DNA of 64,000 nucleotides. Origin: Candidatus Bathyarchaeota archaeon. GTDB taxonomy: Archaea > Thermoproteota > Bathyarchaeia > TCS64. Within the stretch, counting starts at the first letter, position 1. Each line of letters starts with the position of its first letter. The translations under genes were made by a program, and so were the position numbers. Location of the stretch: assembly GCA_963820555.1 (NCBI GenBank), contig CAWGAT010000047.1:33982-97981 (forward strand), given 5' to 3'. Below the pieces are notes generated by a model, which worked only from the letters and a program-made list of their open reading frames with translations, did not search any database and was not told the origin of the DNA. Of the stretch, positions 50,628-61,034 are shown in pieces.

Positions 50628-51818
50628 CTACTTGAGGTAGGCCGCCATCAGCTTCATTATCTTCCCCGGCGACCTAGCACAGATCTTCGCGACCGTCCTC
50701 TTCGTGTTCTGCCCGTTGGCGAGAGAGAGTATCTCGTCGTTCGTTATGATTGTTGAGAGGGTGTTCAGGTCGTCGTCGCTGAACTTGTCGAGCATCTCGA
50801 CTATCCTGCGGCTGTCCTTTATCCTTTTTCCCCAGTACTTCTCGAATTTCACCCTATACTGGTTTAGTCTCTTCGCCGAGGTGTCCTCTCCTACTATCGC
50901 GTCGACGGCTTCCTTTCCCGCCATCTTGCCCGCCTCGATGCCACTGTGGATGCCCGCCCCCGTCATGGGCACGAGCTGCCCAGCCGCATCACCGACGAGC
51001 ATCAGATTATCATCCACGATTTTCTCGAGCATTCCCGAGACGGGTGTCACCCCGCCGTTCCTGCGGAGCGCCTTCGCACCCTTGAATCGGGGGTCGGCGT
51101 CCATGAACCTCCTGAGGTAGTTGATGGCCGGTTCTGTGTGGATGTTCCGAACACCCAGTCCGACGTTGGCTACCCCCTCGTTCTTTGGGAAGACCCAGGC
51201 GTAGCCCCCCGGCGCGTACTTGAACCCGACGTAGAACTCGTTCGTGGAAGGATCATCGAGGTGTAGCCCACCAAGCTGGTATTGCGCACACGTGACGACG
51301 TCGGGGTACCACCTCTCCATGCCAGCTGATCTGCGAACTATCGACCAGTAGCCGTCCGCGCCTATCGTGACCTTCGCCTTCACCTTCACTTGCTCGCCGC
51401 TCTGCTCGGCCATCACCCCGGCAACCTTGCCGTTCTCTCTGAAGACGCCCGTCGCCTTCGTATCAGTCATCAACTCGGCCCCCGCCTTCACCGCCAGGTC
51501 CCCGATGGCCTTATCGAAGAACTGCCTGTTCAGTGTGTAGCCCACCCAGTTATCGCTCGTGAGATCAATGTGGTTCCCATTGGGGGCGAAGACTCTCGCG
51601 CGTGTAATCTTCTGCGCCACTAGTGGGGCGACTGGTTCGAGCCCTGCGTCCTTGATGCCGTTGAGGCTGAGCCCCTCGGCGCAGAAAACCGGAGAACCAA
51701 TCACCGGGTGTTCCTCTAGGAGAACGACGCGCGCGCCGGCAGCCGCCGCGGCTCTGGCAGCTGACGAGCCGGCGGGCCCACCGCCCACCACGACTACATC
51801 GCAATCTATAAGCCGCAT
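50628..51818 (-). CDS. geranylgeranyl reductase family (digeranylgeranylglycerophospholipid reductase-like)
   Basis: CDVVVVGGGPAGSSAAR (FAD dinucleotide-binding motif) ... the GGR family fold. 396 aa from Met 4 of the ORF-track product. Confidence 0.8.
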   Translation of the reverse strand: MRLIDCDVVVVGGGPAGSSAARAAAAAGARVVLLEEHPVIGSPVFCAEGLSLNGIKDAGLEPVAPLVAQKITRARVFAPNGNHIDLTSDNWVGYTLNRQFFDKAIGDLAVKAGAELMTDTKATGVFRENGKVAGVMAEQSGEQVKVKAKVTIGADGYWSIVRRSAGMERWYPDVVTCAQYQLGGLHLDDPSTNEFYVGFKYAPGGYAWVFPKNEGVANVGLGVRNIHTEPAINYLRRFMDADPRFKGAKALRRNGGVTPVSGMLEKIVDDNLMLVGDAAGQLVPMTGAGIHSGIEAGKMAGKEAVDAIVGEDTSAKRLNQYRVKFEKYWGKRIKDSRRIVEMLDKFSDDDLNTLSTIITNDEILSLANGQNTKRTVAKICARSPGKIMKLMAAYLK

Positions 51819-51857
51819 AGTAATCAAATAGTCGCCCGCGGCTTTCGTATATTAAGG

Positions 51858-52076
51858 CTACCTCTCAAGGACCTTCTGAGCAGCTATCTCAATGTCCTTC
51901 GCTTTCACAGTCTTTCTGCCCGCGTGCTTCGCGTAGTCGAGGGCCTCTTTCGCCACCTTGACCCCGATCTCCTCGAGGGCTTTCCCCAACGCTACAGCGC
52001 TCTCCTCGCTTACCCGGTCCGCACCGGCACGCTTGATCAGCTTGTGCATTGGAGCAACCTTAATCTCATCAGTCAA
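51858..52076 (-). CDS. archaeal histone (HMf-like histone fold)
   Basis: 72 aa. APMHKLIKRAGADRVSEESAVALGKALEEIGVKVAKEALDYAKHAGRKTVKAKDIEIA matches the archaeal histone consensus. Confidence 0.85.
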   Translation of the reverse strand: MTDEIKVAPMHKLIKRAGADRVSEESAVALGKALEEIGVKVAKEALDYAKHAGRKTVKAKDIEIAAQKVLER

Positions 52077-52354
52077 GTGAAATCCACCTTAATATAACTC
52101 AGCTTTCCCTAAATATTTAATACTTTTCCCTTTTTCCAGCAAATGAACCCGAAAATGGGGTTATACTCGTTTTAAGGGTGATTAACAGCCCCTTCAAATG
52201 AGTTATACTGGGGCCGAGATGGATGACATATTGGGTACGCGTGAGGAGGCGCACCCCTCTACGCCCGCCGGCCATGAACGAGCATCTAAGATAAACGTTT
52301 AAATGAGTGCCCAAGCCTCATACAGCATCGACAAACCATCCCGGTGGAATGTAA

Positions 52355-52585
52355 GTGGGTAAAGTCAGGACAGAGATGGTCAAGAGATTAGCAATCGAGC
52401 TCATCGGTAAGTATCCGAAGAGCTTCAACATAGAATTTGACCACAACAAAAAGTTCCTCACGGAACTCAACATCGGCGTCTCCAAGAAGATGAGAAACAA
52501 GGTCGCCGGTTACGCTACCCGGGTCGTGAAGTCCGACCTCATGGCCGTAGAGGTCGAGGGCGAAGTAGAGCCCGACAACATCTAG
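52355..52585 (+). CDS. rps17e: 30S ribosomal protein S17e
   Basis: MGKVRTEMVKRLAIELIGKYPKSFNIEFDHNKKF is the S17e N-terminal consensus. Confidence 0.85.
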   Translation: MGKVRTEMVKRLAIELIGKYPKSFNIEFDHNKKFLTELNIGVSKKMRNKVAGYATRVVKSDLMAVEVEGEVEPDNI

Positions 52586-52633
52586 GGCCACCAAAGCCTA
52601 ATACCTCGCGAACAGATTTTCTCGTCGAGGCCC

Positions 52634-53494
52634 ATGGCATCAAGACCGCAAATAGCCTATACTATTGACCACAATGGGCTTCGCCTCGACCTAGCCGTTG
52701 TAGAGCTGGGCAGCCTTCGCGTCCACGAGGAGACCATGCAGGGGCACGCTGAGGAGCTTAAGAGGGGGCTCATCGAGCGGGGCTCTCTGAGCACTCCGAT
52801 GTTCGTCGACAGGGCCACCAACATAGTACTCGACGGGATGCATCGGGTCAGGACGCTCAGGGAGCTAGGGTGCCGCTTCGCCCTAGTCTGCTTCGTCGAC
52901 TACTCGGATCCAAGGATAACGCTGGGGCGCTGGTGCAGGACCATACCCAAGCCATTCGGTAGGAAGGACGCCGAAAGGATAATGGGCGGCAACGGGGCAA
53001 GCCTCAGGCCGGCGAGGGGAGTCAACCCGACACAGAGTACCGACCTCCTCCTGGCTTTCGGGGATGGTACATACATCGTCGAATCCCCCGAGAAGGAGCT
53101 AATGTCCGTCTACCGGCTCTCACATAGGCTGGAGCAAGCACTCATCGGCGAGGGCTACGCTGTCGGGCACATGGGGGAGGACGACGCGACGCGGTACCTC
53201 GCGACAGGCGATTTTTCGGCAATACTCTGTCCCCCAGTGATCACGAAGGAGCAGGTCGTCGATGTGGTCCAGCGAGGCGAGGTTTTCCCGCCGAAGTCAA
53301 CTAGGCACAGGATACCCGCTCGCCCCATAGGGGCAGGCCTACCTCTCACTGCACTGAGAGACGAGGAGAGAACACTAGAGGAGGTCAACCTCAGCCTCTG
53401 TAAGCAACTGAAGTCGTCGAGGCTGAGAAGACTGCCCCCCGGTAGCACGTATCGCGGGAGACGCTTCGAGGACACTCTATACGTCTTTGAGTAG
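52634..53494 (+). CDS. ParB/sulfiredoxin-like nuclease-domain protein with an uncharacterised C-terminal domain
   Basis: The N-terminus has FVDRATNIVLDGMHRVRTLRELG (the ParBc D-G-x-H-R motif). The remaining ~190 aa have no recognised motifs. Confidence 0.45.
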   Translation: MASRPQIAYTIDHNGLRLDLAVVELGSLRVHEETMQGHAEELKRGLIERGSLSTPMFVDRATNIVLDGMHRVRTLRELGCRFALVCFVDYSDPRITLGRWCRTIPKPFGRKDAERIMGGNGASLRPARGVNPTQSTDLLLAFGDGTYIVESPEKELMSVYRLSHRLEQALIGEGYAVGHMGEDDATRYLATGDFSAILCPPVITKEQVVDVVQRGEVFPPKSTRHRIPARPIGAGLPLTALRDEERTLEEVNLSLCKQLKSSRLRRLPPGSTYRGRRFEDTLYVFE

Positions 53495-54061
53495 CAGGTA
53501 GCGGTCAACGTCCCTCTTCTTGAAGCCGGCCTCGAGGAGCTTAGCAGCGAGGGCTTCGCCCTTTAATCCTGTTGCCTGTATATTTCCCGCGACCTCGAGC
53601 AGACACTCTTTCAGTTCCCAGGGGTAGACAACCCACTTGTCCACGCTCTCCGCGTAGTAGTCGGGAATGAACCGGCTCCAGGGCTTGATGTGGATCGTGG
53701 CGATCCTGACTTCGGATGCCCCATTCTCCTTGACGTGATCCCTCGCCTTAATTATAGAGGCGCCGGAGTCAGACACGTCGTCGACCACTAGAGCCTTCTT
53801 ACCCTTGAGGTCGGCATTAACGGGGAGGACTACTACGGGCTCTGGCCGCTTAACCATGCCATCGTAGGCCTCGACCTGTACGCTGGCGAGCCTCCGGATG
53901 CTGAGCTGGTCGCAGAGTATCCTGGCGGGGTCGAACCCGCCCCTGCTTATAGCGATGATGATGTCGGGTCGGAAACCCGAGGCCTCTATCTTGCCAGCCA
54001 CAACCTCCATGAGCCTCTGAATGTCGTCCCAGGATAGGTGTAGGAACCGAAGATTCTCCAT
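53477..54061 (-). CDS. purine phosphoribosyltransferase (PRT type I)
   Basis: ALVVDDVSDSGASI is the PRPP-binding motif. 194 aa. Confidence 0.7.
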   Translation of the reverse strand: MENLRFLHLSWDDIQRLMEVVAGKIEASGFRPDIIIAISRGGFDPARILCDQLSIRRLASVQVEAYDGMVKRPEPVVVLPVNADLKGKKALVVDDVSDSGASIIKARDHVKENGASEVRIATIHIKPWSRFIPDYYAESVDKWVVYPWELKECLLEVAGNIQATGLKGEALAAKLLEAGFKKRDVDRYLLLKDV

Positions 54062-54165
54062 AGACCGGCCTCTATGAGATGATGTAATTTAACTCATTAG
54101 GGCGAATATAAGGCAGACGCGCCCCTAAACTTCGCTTTATATCGGGGTAGCTACGATTCTGGATC

Positions 54166-55024
54166 ATGATTCCCGGGAACGACCTTGGTGAGTGGGTGAA
54201 GAAGCTAGTCGAGGGTTTCATAGCCTCGCCTGAAAACTCCTTCAACGACATCGGCGAGCCCGCATGGGATGTACCCCTCGTCGGCTTCTCGAGCGGCGCC
54301 GATCCCCTCTACGACTTCTACAAGAAGGATATAGGGAGCTTCTACGTCTCACCGATCGAGTTCTTCAAGAACGCTCACCCCTCAGTGGAGGCGAAGCCCG
54401 AGGATCTTACCGTCATCAGCTGGGTCCTCCCCCAGACTAAGGCTACTAAATACGATCAGAGGAAGGAGACGAAGATGCCAAGTGAGAGATGGGCACGCGC
54501 GAGGATAATGGGCGAGGGTGTGAACGTCAAGCTAAGGAGATTCATGGCTAAAGAACTCGGGGAGTCCGGCTACCCTGCGGTGGCCCCGATGCTATCCCCT
54601 CTCTGGAGTGAGCACACGTCGAAGAAGTACCTCTTCGCCTCATCCTGGTCCGAGAGGCACGCCGCCTACGCAGCGGGGCTTGGTACATTCGGCCTGAGTG
54701 ACGGCCTAATCACCGCTAAGGGGAAGGCTCACAGGGTCGGCTCTGTGGTCGCGAAGATTACGATACCGCCGACCCCCCGCCCCTATACATGATCACCATG
54801 CCTACTGCCTCTGGCACGCCAAAGGAACGTGCGGTGCCTGCATGGGAAAGTGCCCCGCTGGGGCTATCTCCGAGAGAGGCCATGACAAGCAGAAGTGCAG
54901 TGACTACGTCGACACCACACACGCTTTTGTCGAGGAGAACTACCACTTCAAGGGTTATGGGTGCGGCTTCTGTCAGGTCGGTGTCCCCTGTGAGAGCAGG
55001 ATACCTGAGGGCATCGACCTCTGA
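54166..55024 (+). CDS. QueG-like (epoxyqueuosine-reductase-family) Fe-S protein, frameshift near 54790
   Basis: The 208 aa N-terminal piece is followed in another frame by CGACMGKCPAGAI ... YGCGFCQVGVPCE. This matches the paired cysteine motifs (C-x-x-C-x-x-x-CP and GCxxCQxxCP) of QueG-type proteins. Confidence 0.45.
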
Positions 55025-55074
55025 GGGAAACAGATAAAGAGTCGCCTGACTAGTTTCCTCCAACTCCGGGTGGT

Positions 55075-55626
55075 GTGTTGGTCCGAGCCCTCTTCGTCGG
55101 TAGATTCCAGCCCTTCCACTTCGGCCACCTCCACGCGATCCAGACGATCCTAGAGGAGGCCGAGGAACTCATTATAGTGATAGGTAGCGCCCAAATGAGC
55201 CACGAGCCAGATAATCCATTCACAGCTGGTGAACGTATAGAGATGATTAGGGCCGCCCTCAAAGAGGCGGGTGTGAAGCGGGAGAGGTATATGCTTCTCC
55301 CCATAGCCGACGCACCCAGCCACCGGACGTGGGTGAGTTACGTCGAGTCCCAAACTCCTCGCTTCGACGTGGTTTACTCAAACCAAGCCCTGACACGCAG
55401 GCTCCTCATAGAGGCGGGCTACGTAGTGAATGAGATCCCCCTCCACAAAAGGAGCAAGTTCGAGGCCACAGAGATAAGGCGCCGAATCCTCAAGGGGGAG
55501 GACTGGGCGGATCTCGTCCCAGCCTCCGTCCACAGGATAGTGGAGGAGATAGACGGCGAGAACCGGATACGCGACCTCGGAAAATCCGACTCAGTCCGTA
55601 TACGTGAAGAGAACCACTCAGGTTAG
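55075..55626 (+). CDS. nadM: nicotinamide-nucleotide adenylyltransferase (archaeal NMNAT)
   Basis: ALFVGRFQPFHFGHL (the (H/T)xGH motif) ... the SxxxxR C-terminal motif region. 183 aa. Confidence 0.8.
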   Translation: MLVRALFVGRFQPFHFGHLHAIQTILEEAEELIIVIGSAQMSHEPDNPFTAGERIEMIRAALKEAGVKRERYMLLPIADAPSHRTWVSYVESQTPRFDVVYSNQALTRRLLIEAGYVVNEIPLHKRSKFEATEIRRRILKGEDWADLVPASVHRIVEEIDGENRIRDLGKSDSVRIREENHSG

Positions 55627-55630
55627 CCAG

Positions 55631-56290
55631 ATGTACCTCAAACTCAACCCCGGCCTCGGCTCAAAGTTCCCCGGACTATCCGCGAGAACAATCAACATAC
55701 GCGGTGTAGAGATTACAGCGCGAAGTTCCGAGTTGGAGGTCTTCAAGAAGCAGGTCTTCGACGAAGCCGCGGGGAAGTGGAACGTCGAGGAGCTGAAGGA
55801 CAACCAGGTTTTCCGGGCTTACCGGGACTTCTTCTGGAAGGTCAAAGTCGACCCGACAAAGACACGCCCCGCTGCTGAGGCGCTCCTCAGGAGGATATTG
55901 CGGGGGAACCCGCTGCCCACAATTAACACCCTCGTCGATGCCTACAATCTAGCGTCCGTAGCTACGAGCATCCCCTTCGGCGCCTTCGACCTTGACAGGA
56001 TGAGGGGTGAACCTACTATGAGGGAAGCGAGGGTCGGTGAGGAGTTCCTGGGGATCGGGATGGAGAGGCCCATCGCCCTCGGTGGCGGGGAGGCCGTAAT
56101 AGAGGACGATGAGAGACTCATCGCCGTCTACCCCTACCGAGACGCTGACTACAGCAAGGTCACGATGTCAACTAGAAACCTCTTCCTCATGACCTGTGGG
56201 GTTCCCGGGGTCGGGGACGAGGCCCTGAGTGGCGCGGAGACGATTTGCATAGGATATATTAAGAGATTCTGCGGTGGTTCCCCCGTCTAG
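55631..56290 (+). CDS. B3/B4 tRNA-binding-domain protein
   Basis: INTLVDAYNLASVATSIPFGAFDLD matches the PheT B3/4-like domain. Start at Met 10 of the ORF-track product. Confidence 0.55.
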   Translation: MYLKLNPGLGSKFPGLSARTINIRGVEITARSSELEVFKKQVFDEAAGKWNVEELKDNQVFRAYRDFFWKVKVDPTKTRPAAEALLRRILRGNPLPTINTLVDAYNLASVATSIPFGAFDLDRMRGEPTMREARVGEEFLGIGMERPIALGGGEAVIEDDERLIAVYPYRDADYSKVTMSTRNLFLMTCGVPGVGDEALSGAETICIGYIKRFCGGSPV

Positions 56291-57367
56291 GTGGGTTACG
56301 TGTTAGAGGTTGACGGTTCACTGATGGAGGGGGGTGGCCAGCTACTCCGTATGGCCACCACCTACAGTGCCATCCTAGGCGAACCAATCAGGATCGTCAA
56401 CGTCCGCGCCAAGAGGAACCAGCCGGGGTTGAAGCCCCAGCACCTAATGACACTGAGGGCGGTGGCAGAGCTTTGCGCCGCCGAGACGAAGGGCCTCGAG
56501 GTGGGGAGCTGCGAGGTCGAGTTCAAGCCCGGGAGACTCAAGAGCGGTAGCTTCGAGTTCGACATAGGCACGGCTGGGAGCTGCAGCCTCCTTCTCCAGT
56601 GTGCTGCGCCGGTCGCCGCGTACGCCGACGGCCCAGTCAAGATCAGGGTCAGGGGCGGAACCGCGGTCCGCTGGTCCCCCCCGATGACTATTGTGCAGTA
56701 CGTCGTATGGGCTGGGCTCCGGAAGATGGGTTTCTCGGGGGACCTGAGGGTACTTCGTGACGGCTACTACCCTAAGGGGGGCGGTGTCGTTGAGGCGAAG
56801 ATGAACCCTATACAGGGATTCAAGCCGATTACCGGCGAGAAATCCTCGATCACTGGCGTGCGAGGCCTCTCCACCTGCGGTGGCCTTCCTAGGCACGTGG
56901 CGGAGAGGCAAGCGGAGGCTGCCGCTGATGTGCTGCGTGAGGAGGGGTTCGAGGCAATGATCGATGTGGCGACGCCAGGGAAGGCTTCGGAGCCAATGTC
57001 GCCGGGGAGCGTTATCTGCCTCTGGGCGGAGGGGGACGCCCTCATCGGGGACGACGGGCTCGGTGAGCGGGGCAAGACCGCCGAGAAGGTCGGGGCAGAG
57101 GCTGCACAGCGCCTCGTGCACCAGGTGAAGACCGGCGCCTACGTCGACCTCCACACAGCGGACAACCTAATACTCCCGTGTTCCCTCGCCTCGGGGACGT
57201 CGAGCTTCACTGTGTCCCGCCTGACGATGCACACCCTAACTGCGGTCGAGGTGGCGAAGATGGTGGCGGGGGTCAGGATAACTGTGGAGGGGATGGAGGG
57301 TAAGCAGGGGAGGATAACCGTCGAGGGGCGTGGCGCAGTGAATCTCGGGTTCGCGGATCAGGTTTAA
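56291..57367 (+). CDS. rtcA: RNA 3'-terminal phosphate cyclase
   Basis: LEVDGSLMEGGGQLLR ... the conserved RtcA N-terminal GEGGGQ motif and H-loop region. 358 aa. Confidence 0.8.
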   Translation: MGYVLEVDGSLMEGGGQLLRMATTYSAILGEPIRIVNVRAKRNQPGLKPQHLMTLRAVAELCAAETKGLEVGSCEVEFKPGRLKSGSFEFDIGTAGSCSLLLQCAAPVAAYADGPVKIRVRGGTAVRWSPPMTIVQYVVWAGLRKMGFSGDLRVLRDGYYPKGGGVVEAKMNPIQGFKPITGEKSSITGVRGLSTCGGLPRHVAERQAEAAADVLREEGFEAMIDVATPGKASEPMSPGSVICLWAEGDALIGDDGLGERGKTAEKVGAEAAQRLVHQVKTGAYVDLHTADNLILPCSLASGTSSFTVSRLTMHTLTAVEVAKMVAGVRITVEGMEGKQGRITVEGRGAVNLGFADQV

Positions 57368-57398
57368 CCGCGCGGAGCCACGAGTCATTCCATCGGCT

Positions 57399-58703
57399 TT
57401 GGTTGTGCTTAGCTTCGACCGTGGGACGCTTCTAGTCGTGGATGATCAGGGCAAGGTGACGAGGTGCCGCGCTGGCGACTACTCGAGGGTCGTGGGGGAG
57501 CTTCGGGACGCGGGCGCTGAGTTCCGGGACGACGCCCTCAGGTCGCCTCCGACGGGGCTTCTCGCCTCACGATTCGAGGCGAGGGACTACCAGTCCGAGG
57601 CCGTCGAGAGCTGGGCGAAGGCGGGTTACCGGGGGATCGTCGTCCTCCCCACGGGCGCGGGCAAGACCGTGATGGCCATAAAGGCGATGGAGAGGCTGCA
57701 GGTCGCAACGCTCATCGTTGTACCAACCATCGTTTTGATGGAGCAGTGGAGGGAGACGCTTACTGAGGCGTTCGGCTCCGAGGTGGGCGCCCTCGGAGGT
57801 GGCTCGAGCGACGTGAAGCCTATAACGGTCGCCACCTACGACTCCGCCTCCCTCAGGGCGCGCGAGATTGGTGACAGATTCTCGCTTATAGTCTTCGATG
57901 AGGTCCACCACCTCCCGGCTATTAGTAACTCGCGAGCGGCTACATACTACCTGGCTCCGTACAGGCTCGGGCTCACGGCCACTCTCGGTCACGACGAGGA
58001 GGTGATAAGCGGGCTCGAGGAGCTGGTCGGAAAGGTCGTCTACGAGAAGGTCGTCGAGGAGCTGGCGGGGAGGCACCTCAGCGACTACACCGTGAAGACC
58101 GTGAACGTGTCCCTCGCCCCCGAGGAGAAGGCGGAGTATGAGAGGCAGTTCGCTGTCTACAAGGGCTTCCTGCAGCGGAGGGGTATCAAGATAAGGAGTG
58201 CCCGCGACTACCTGCTCTTCGTCAAGCGTAGCGGCGTGGACCCTGAGGCGAGGAGGGCGCTCATGGGTAGGAACGCGGCGATGGACATCGCTTTGAACAG
58301 CAGGAGCAAGGAGGAGTACCTCCGGGGGCTCCTCGTCGCCAACCCGAACGAGAAGACCATTATATTCACCCGCCACAACAAGCTCGTCTACAGGATAAGC
58401 AGGAGCCTACTCATCCCCGCCATCACCCACCAGACGGTCAGAGAGGAGAGAGAGGAGATACTCGACAGGTTCCGTAGGGGCGTCTATAGGAGGATAATCA
58501 CAAGCCAGGTCCTCGACGAGGGGATCGACGTCCCCGACGCCTCGGTGGCGGTGATACTCAGCGGCACAGGGAGCAGCCGGGAGTTCATCCAGCGCCTCGG
58601 CAGGGTTCTCAGGAAGAAGGAGGGGAAGCAGGCGACACTCTACGAGCTCGTGAGCTTCGGCACCGCAGAGACCCGGCTCAGCAGGAGGAGGAAGGAGGCT
58701 TGA
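57399..58703 (+). CDS. xpb: XPB/Rad25-type SF2 helicase
   Basis: ARDYQSEAVESW ... VVLPTGAGKT (motif I), DEVHH (motif II), TAT (motif III), and helicase C-terminal motifs. 434 aa is the archaeal XPB size. Confidence 0.8.
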   Translation: MVVLSFDRGTLLVVDDQGKVTRCRAGDYSRVVGELRDAGAEFRDDALRSPPTGLLASRFEARDYQSEAVESWAKAGYRGIVVLPTGAGKTVMAIKAMERLQVATLIVVPTIVLMEQWRETLTEAFGSEVGALGGGSSDVKPITVATYDSASLRAREIGDRFSLIVFDEVHHLPAISNSRAATYYLAPYRLGLTATLGHDEEVISGLEELVGKVVYEKVVEELAGRHLSDYTVKTVNVSLAPEEKAEYERQFAVYKGFLQRRGIKIRSARDYLLFVKRSGVDPEARRALMGRNAAMDIALNSRSKEEYLRGLLVANPNEKTIIFTRHNKLVYRISRSLLIPAITHQTVREEREEILDRFRRGVYRRIITSQVLDEGIDVPDASVAVILSGTGSSREFIQRLGRVLRKKEGKQATLYELVSFGTAETRLSRRRKEA

Positions 58704-59856
58704 TCCTCCCCCACGAGCTCATCAGGGTGAGGCGCACAAAGGCGGCGCTCACACCCCTCTTCGCGAACGAGGAGAAGCTTAGCCTCGCCAAGACCCTCAT
58801 CGCCGTCTACAGTGAGAACCGGGACAGGAAGAGGGCGGAGCTTAACGATGGCCTCGCGGTATGCGAGGAACTCGGCTACGACTTCAAGCTCGTGAGGGGC
58901 CTCTCAGCAGTGCTCGACTCGCGCTGCATCTTCGGGGCACGCTCCTTCGTACCGCCGATCAAGGCGCGTAGGCTGCTCTTCGAGGAGGCGGCGAGGAGGC
59001 CATCCATCTCGGAGAGGGACCGCGCGGAGATAATGGGGAAGGTGGCCGAGGGGCTCGGCGTCGCCTCTGCGGACCTGGATGAGAGCCTCTACGCCGACCT
59101 GCTCGACGAGCAGTACCTCATAGACTTCAAGGAGCCCGCGCCGGATGAGCTGCTCAAGCTCTACAACTTCGCCCTCGTCTCTGTGGTCCTCGCCTACTCC
59201 GTCCACATAGCGGTGGGCTACTCGGGGAAGAACGAGGGCCTCGAGAGGGCGGCGAAGAGCCTCGGGTGAGCCCGATGTCAGGGTCGGCTCCATTAGCGTC
59301 GACCTGAAACCCTCGAAGCAGGTGGGGCTCCGCGGGGGGAAGGTGGAGGCCCTCCTCGCCCGGCTCATCGAGTCGAAGGATTGGAGCCTGAGGGCCGACG
59401 TCGCGTATCCCCCACGCTACCACGAGACGAGGCCACTGGAGCTGAACAGGAGGACACACGGCGGGATGCTCAAGGCGGAGCCGGTAGAGGAGGAGACTAT
59501 CATCGAGATCAAGGCGCCGGTGAGGAAGAGCAGCTTCGGCGACATAATCGTCATCGACGACGTCGCCAACAGGCTTGGCCTCACCGACAAGGAGCTGCTG
59601 AGGAAGGTGGAGGCGGAGAAGGTCAGAGTATGTCCGACTCCCGGGCGTCCTAGTGACGCCGGAGAAGCTGGAGGCGCTTCGCACAGGTCTTGGGGAGGTG
59701 GAGGGGGACGACCTCGCCTCGTACAAGGCCTTCCTGAAGGGGCAGGGGTGCAAGAACCCGATCCCGGTGCTGGAGGCGCTGGGCTACTTCGTCGATGTGG
59801 ACCCGGAGACGCGTAAGCCGAGGGTGGTGAGGCTCCGCCGCGGAGCGTCAAGTTAA
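58700..59856 (+). CDS. bax1: Bax1 (XPB-associated nuclease, DUF790), at least 2 frameshifts
   Basis: Its start overlaps the xpb stop, matching the conserved XPB-Bax1 gene pair. The product is split across ORFs 58700..59269, 59322..59816 and 59653..59856. Confidence 0.6.
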
Positions 59857-59893
59857 TATCGCTGCGGGATTAAGGGGGTTCGGAAGATGCGGC

Positions 59894-60499
59894 ATGGGCT
59901 GGCAGGATTATCAGGGCGCTACGACGATAGGCCTCGTCTGCAAGGGCGGGGTCGTGCTCGCCTCGGAGAAGCGTGTCACTTGGGGTAACATGCTCACGAG
60001 CAGGGGCGGGATGAAGGTCTTCAAGCTCAACGACAGGATAGGCCTCGCCTTCGCCGGCCTCATGAGCGACATGCAGGCCCTTACGCGTGAGGTCGCTGCG
60101 TACGCGAGCCTCTACGAGCTGGACAACAACAGACCCATCGGCGTCAAGGCGATGGGTAAGCTCGTCGCCAACATGCTCTTCCAGCGGCGGATGTTCCCGC
60201 TCTTCATGGAGACACTCGTCGGGGGCGTCGACGATGATGGGCCAACCCTTCTCAGCATGGATCCCGTGGGTAGCCTGATCCCCGACCCCTTCATAACCGC
60301 GGGGACGGGTGCACCTATCGCGATGGGTGTCATCGAGGCGGAGTACAAGGAGGGTATGAGCATGGAGGCGGGGGCGGAGCTCGCCCTTAAGGCGATTAAG
60401 GCCGCCGTGGCCCGTGACATCGCGAGCGGCGATGGCGTCGACATGCTCCTCATCACCAAAGACGGGATCGAGGAGCGCAGTATCAGCCTCAGGAAGTAG
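59894..60499 (+). CDS. psmB: proteasome beta subunit, second paralog
   Basis: QGATTIGLVCKGGVVLASEKR has the Thr1 site after a short propeptide. 201 aa. Confidence 0.85.
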   Translation: MGWQDYQGATTIGLVCKGGVVLASEKRVTWGNMLTSRGGMKVFKLNDRIGLAFAGLMSDMQALTREVAAYASLYELDNNRPIGVKAMGKLVANMLFQRRMFPLFMETLVGGVDDDGPTLLSMDPVGSLIPDPFITAGTGAPIAMGVIEAEYKEGMSMEAGAELALKAIKAAVARDIASGDGVDMLLITKDGIEERSISLRK

Positions 60500-60521
60500 G
60501 CTCAGCGTAGCCCCCCTTCTT

Positions 60522-60875
60522 TTAAGGGGCGTCTGTTGTCTTAGTCATCACCTTCGCTATTGTGATCGCTTCCTGCGCTGCGTCGAGTCTTTGTTTGGTA
60601 TTCTTTGTCGTGTCGTTGGCGTCATCCTGGGCTTCGCGGAGCCTTGGTAAACCTAGTGTATATGATGCGATGCCACTTGCTCTGAGGATGATCGGGGCGA
60701 TAGTGATTGTGGTCTCAAGGTCGTCTCCACGGTATCTCAATCTTCCGTGGTGGAGCCTGCGCAGGGCGAGGACGAGGAACTTGACCTGGTAGCTGAGCTG
60801 TTTCTCGTTGGCACGTAGACGGTTCAGGGTGACGTGGAGGTGGGGGGTATCCTTTCTGTTGGCTTTCCCTGTCAT
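60522..60875 (-). CDS. hypothetical protein
   Basis: 117 aa, no motif recognised. Confidence 0.25.
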   Translation of the reverse strand: MTGKANRKDTPHLHVTLNRLRANEKQLSYQVKFLVLALRRLHHGRLRYRGDDLETTITIAPIILRASGIASYTLGLPRLREAQDDANDTTKNTKQRLDAAQEAITIAKVMTKTTDAP

Positions 60876-61034
60876 CCACTTCGTAAGGAGTCTTGATTTC
60901 CTGTTCGGTGAAGATGTGGGTATTCATTTTCTAACGCCTGGCGATACTTGTGAAAAAATCACTACTTTTCCCGTGTTAAAAGGTTTATTGTTAGTTGAGT
61001 ATTTTTGTGATATTTATTGAAATTTTTGGGTGTT

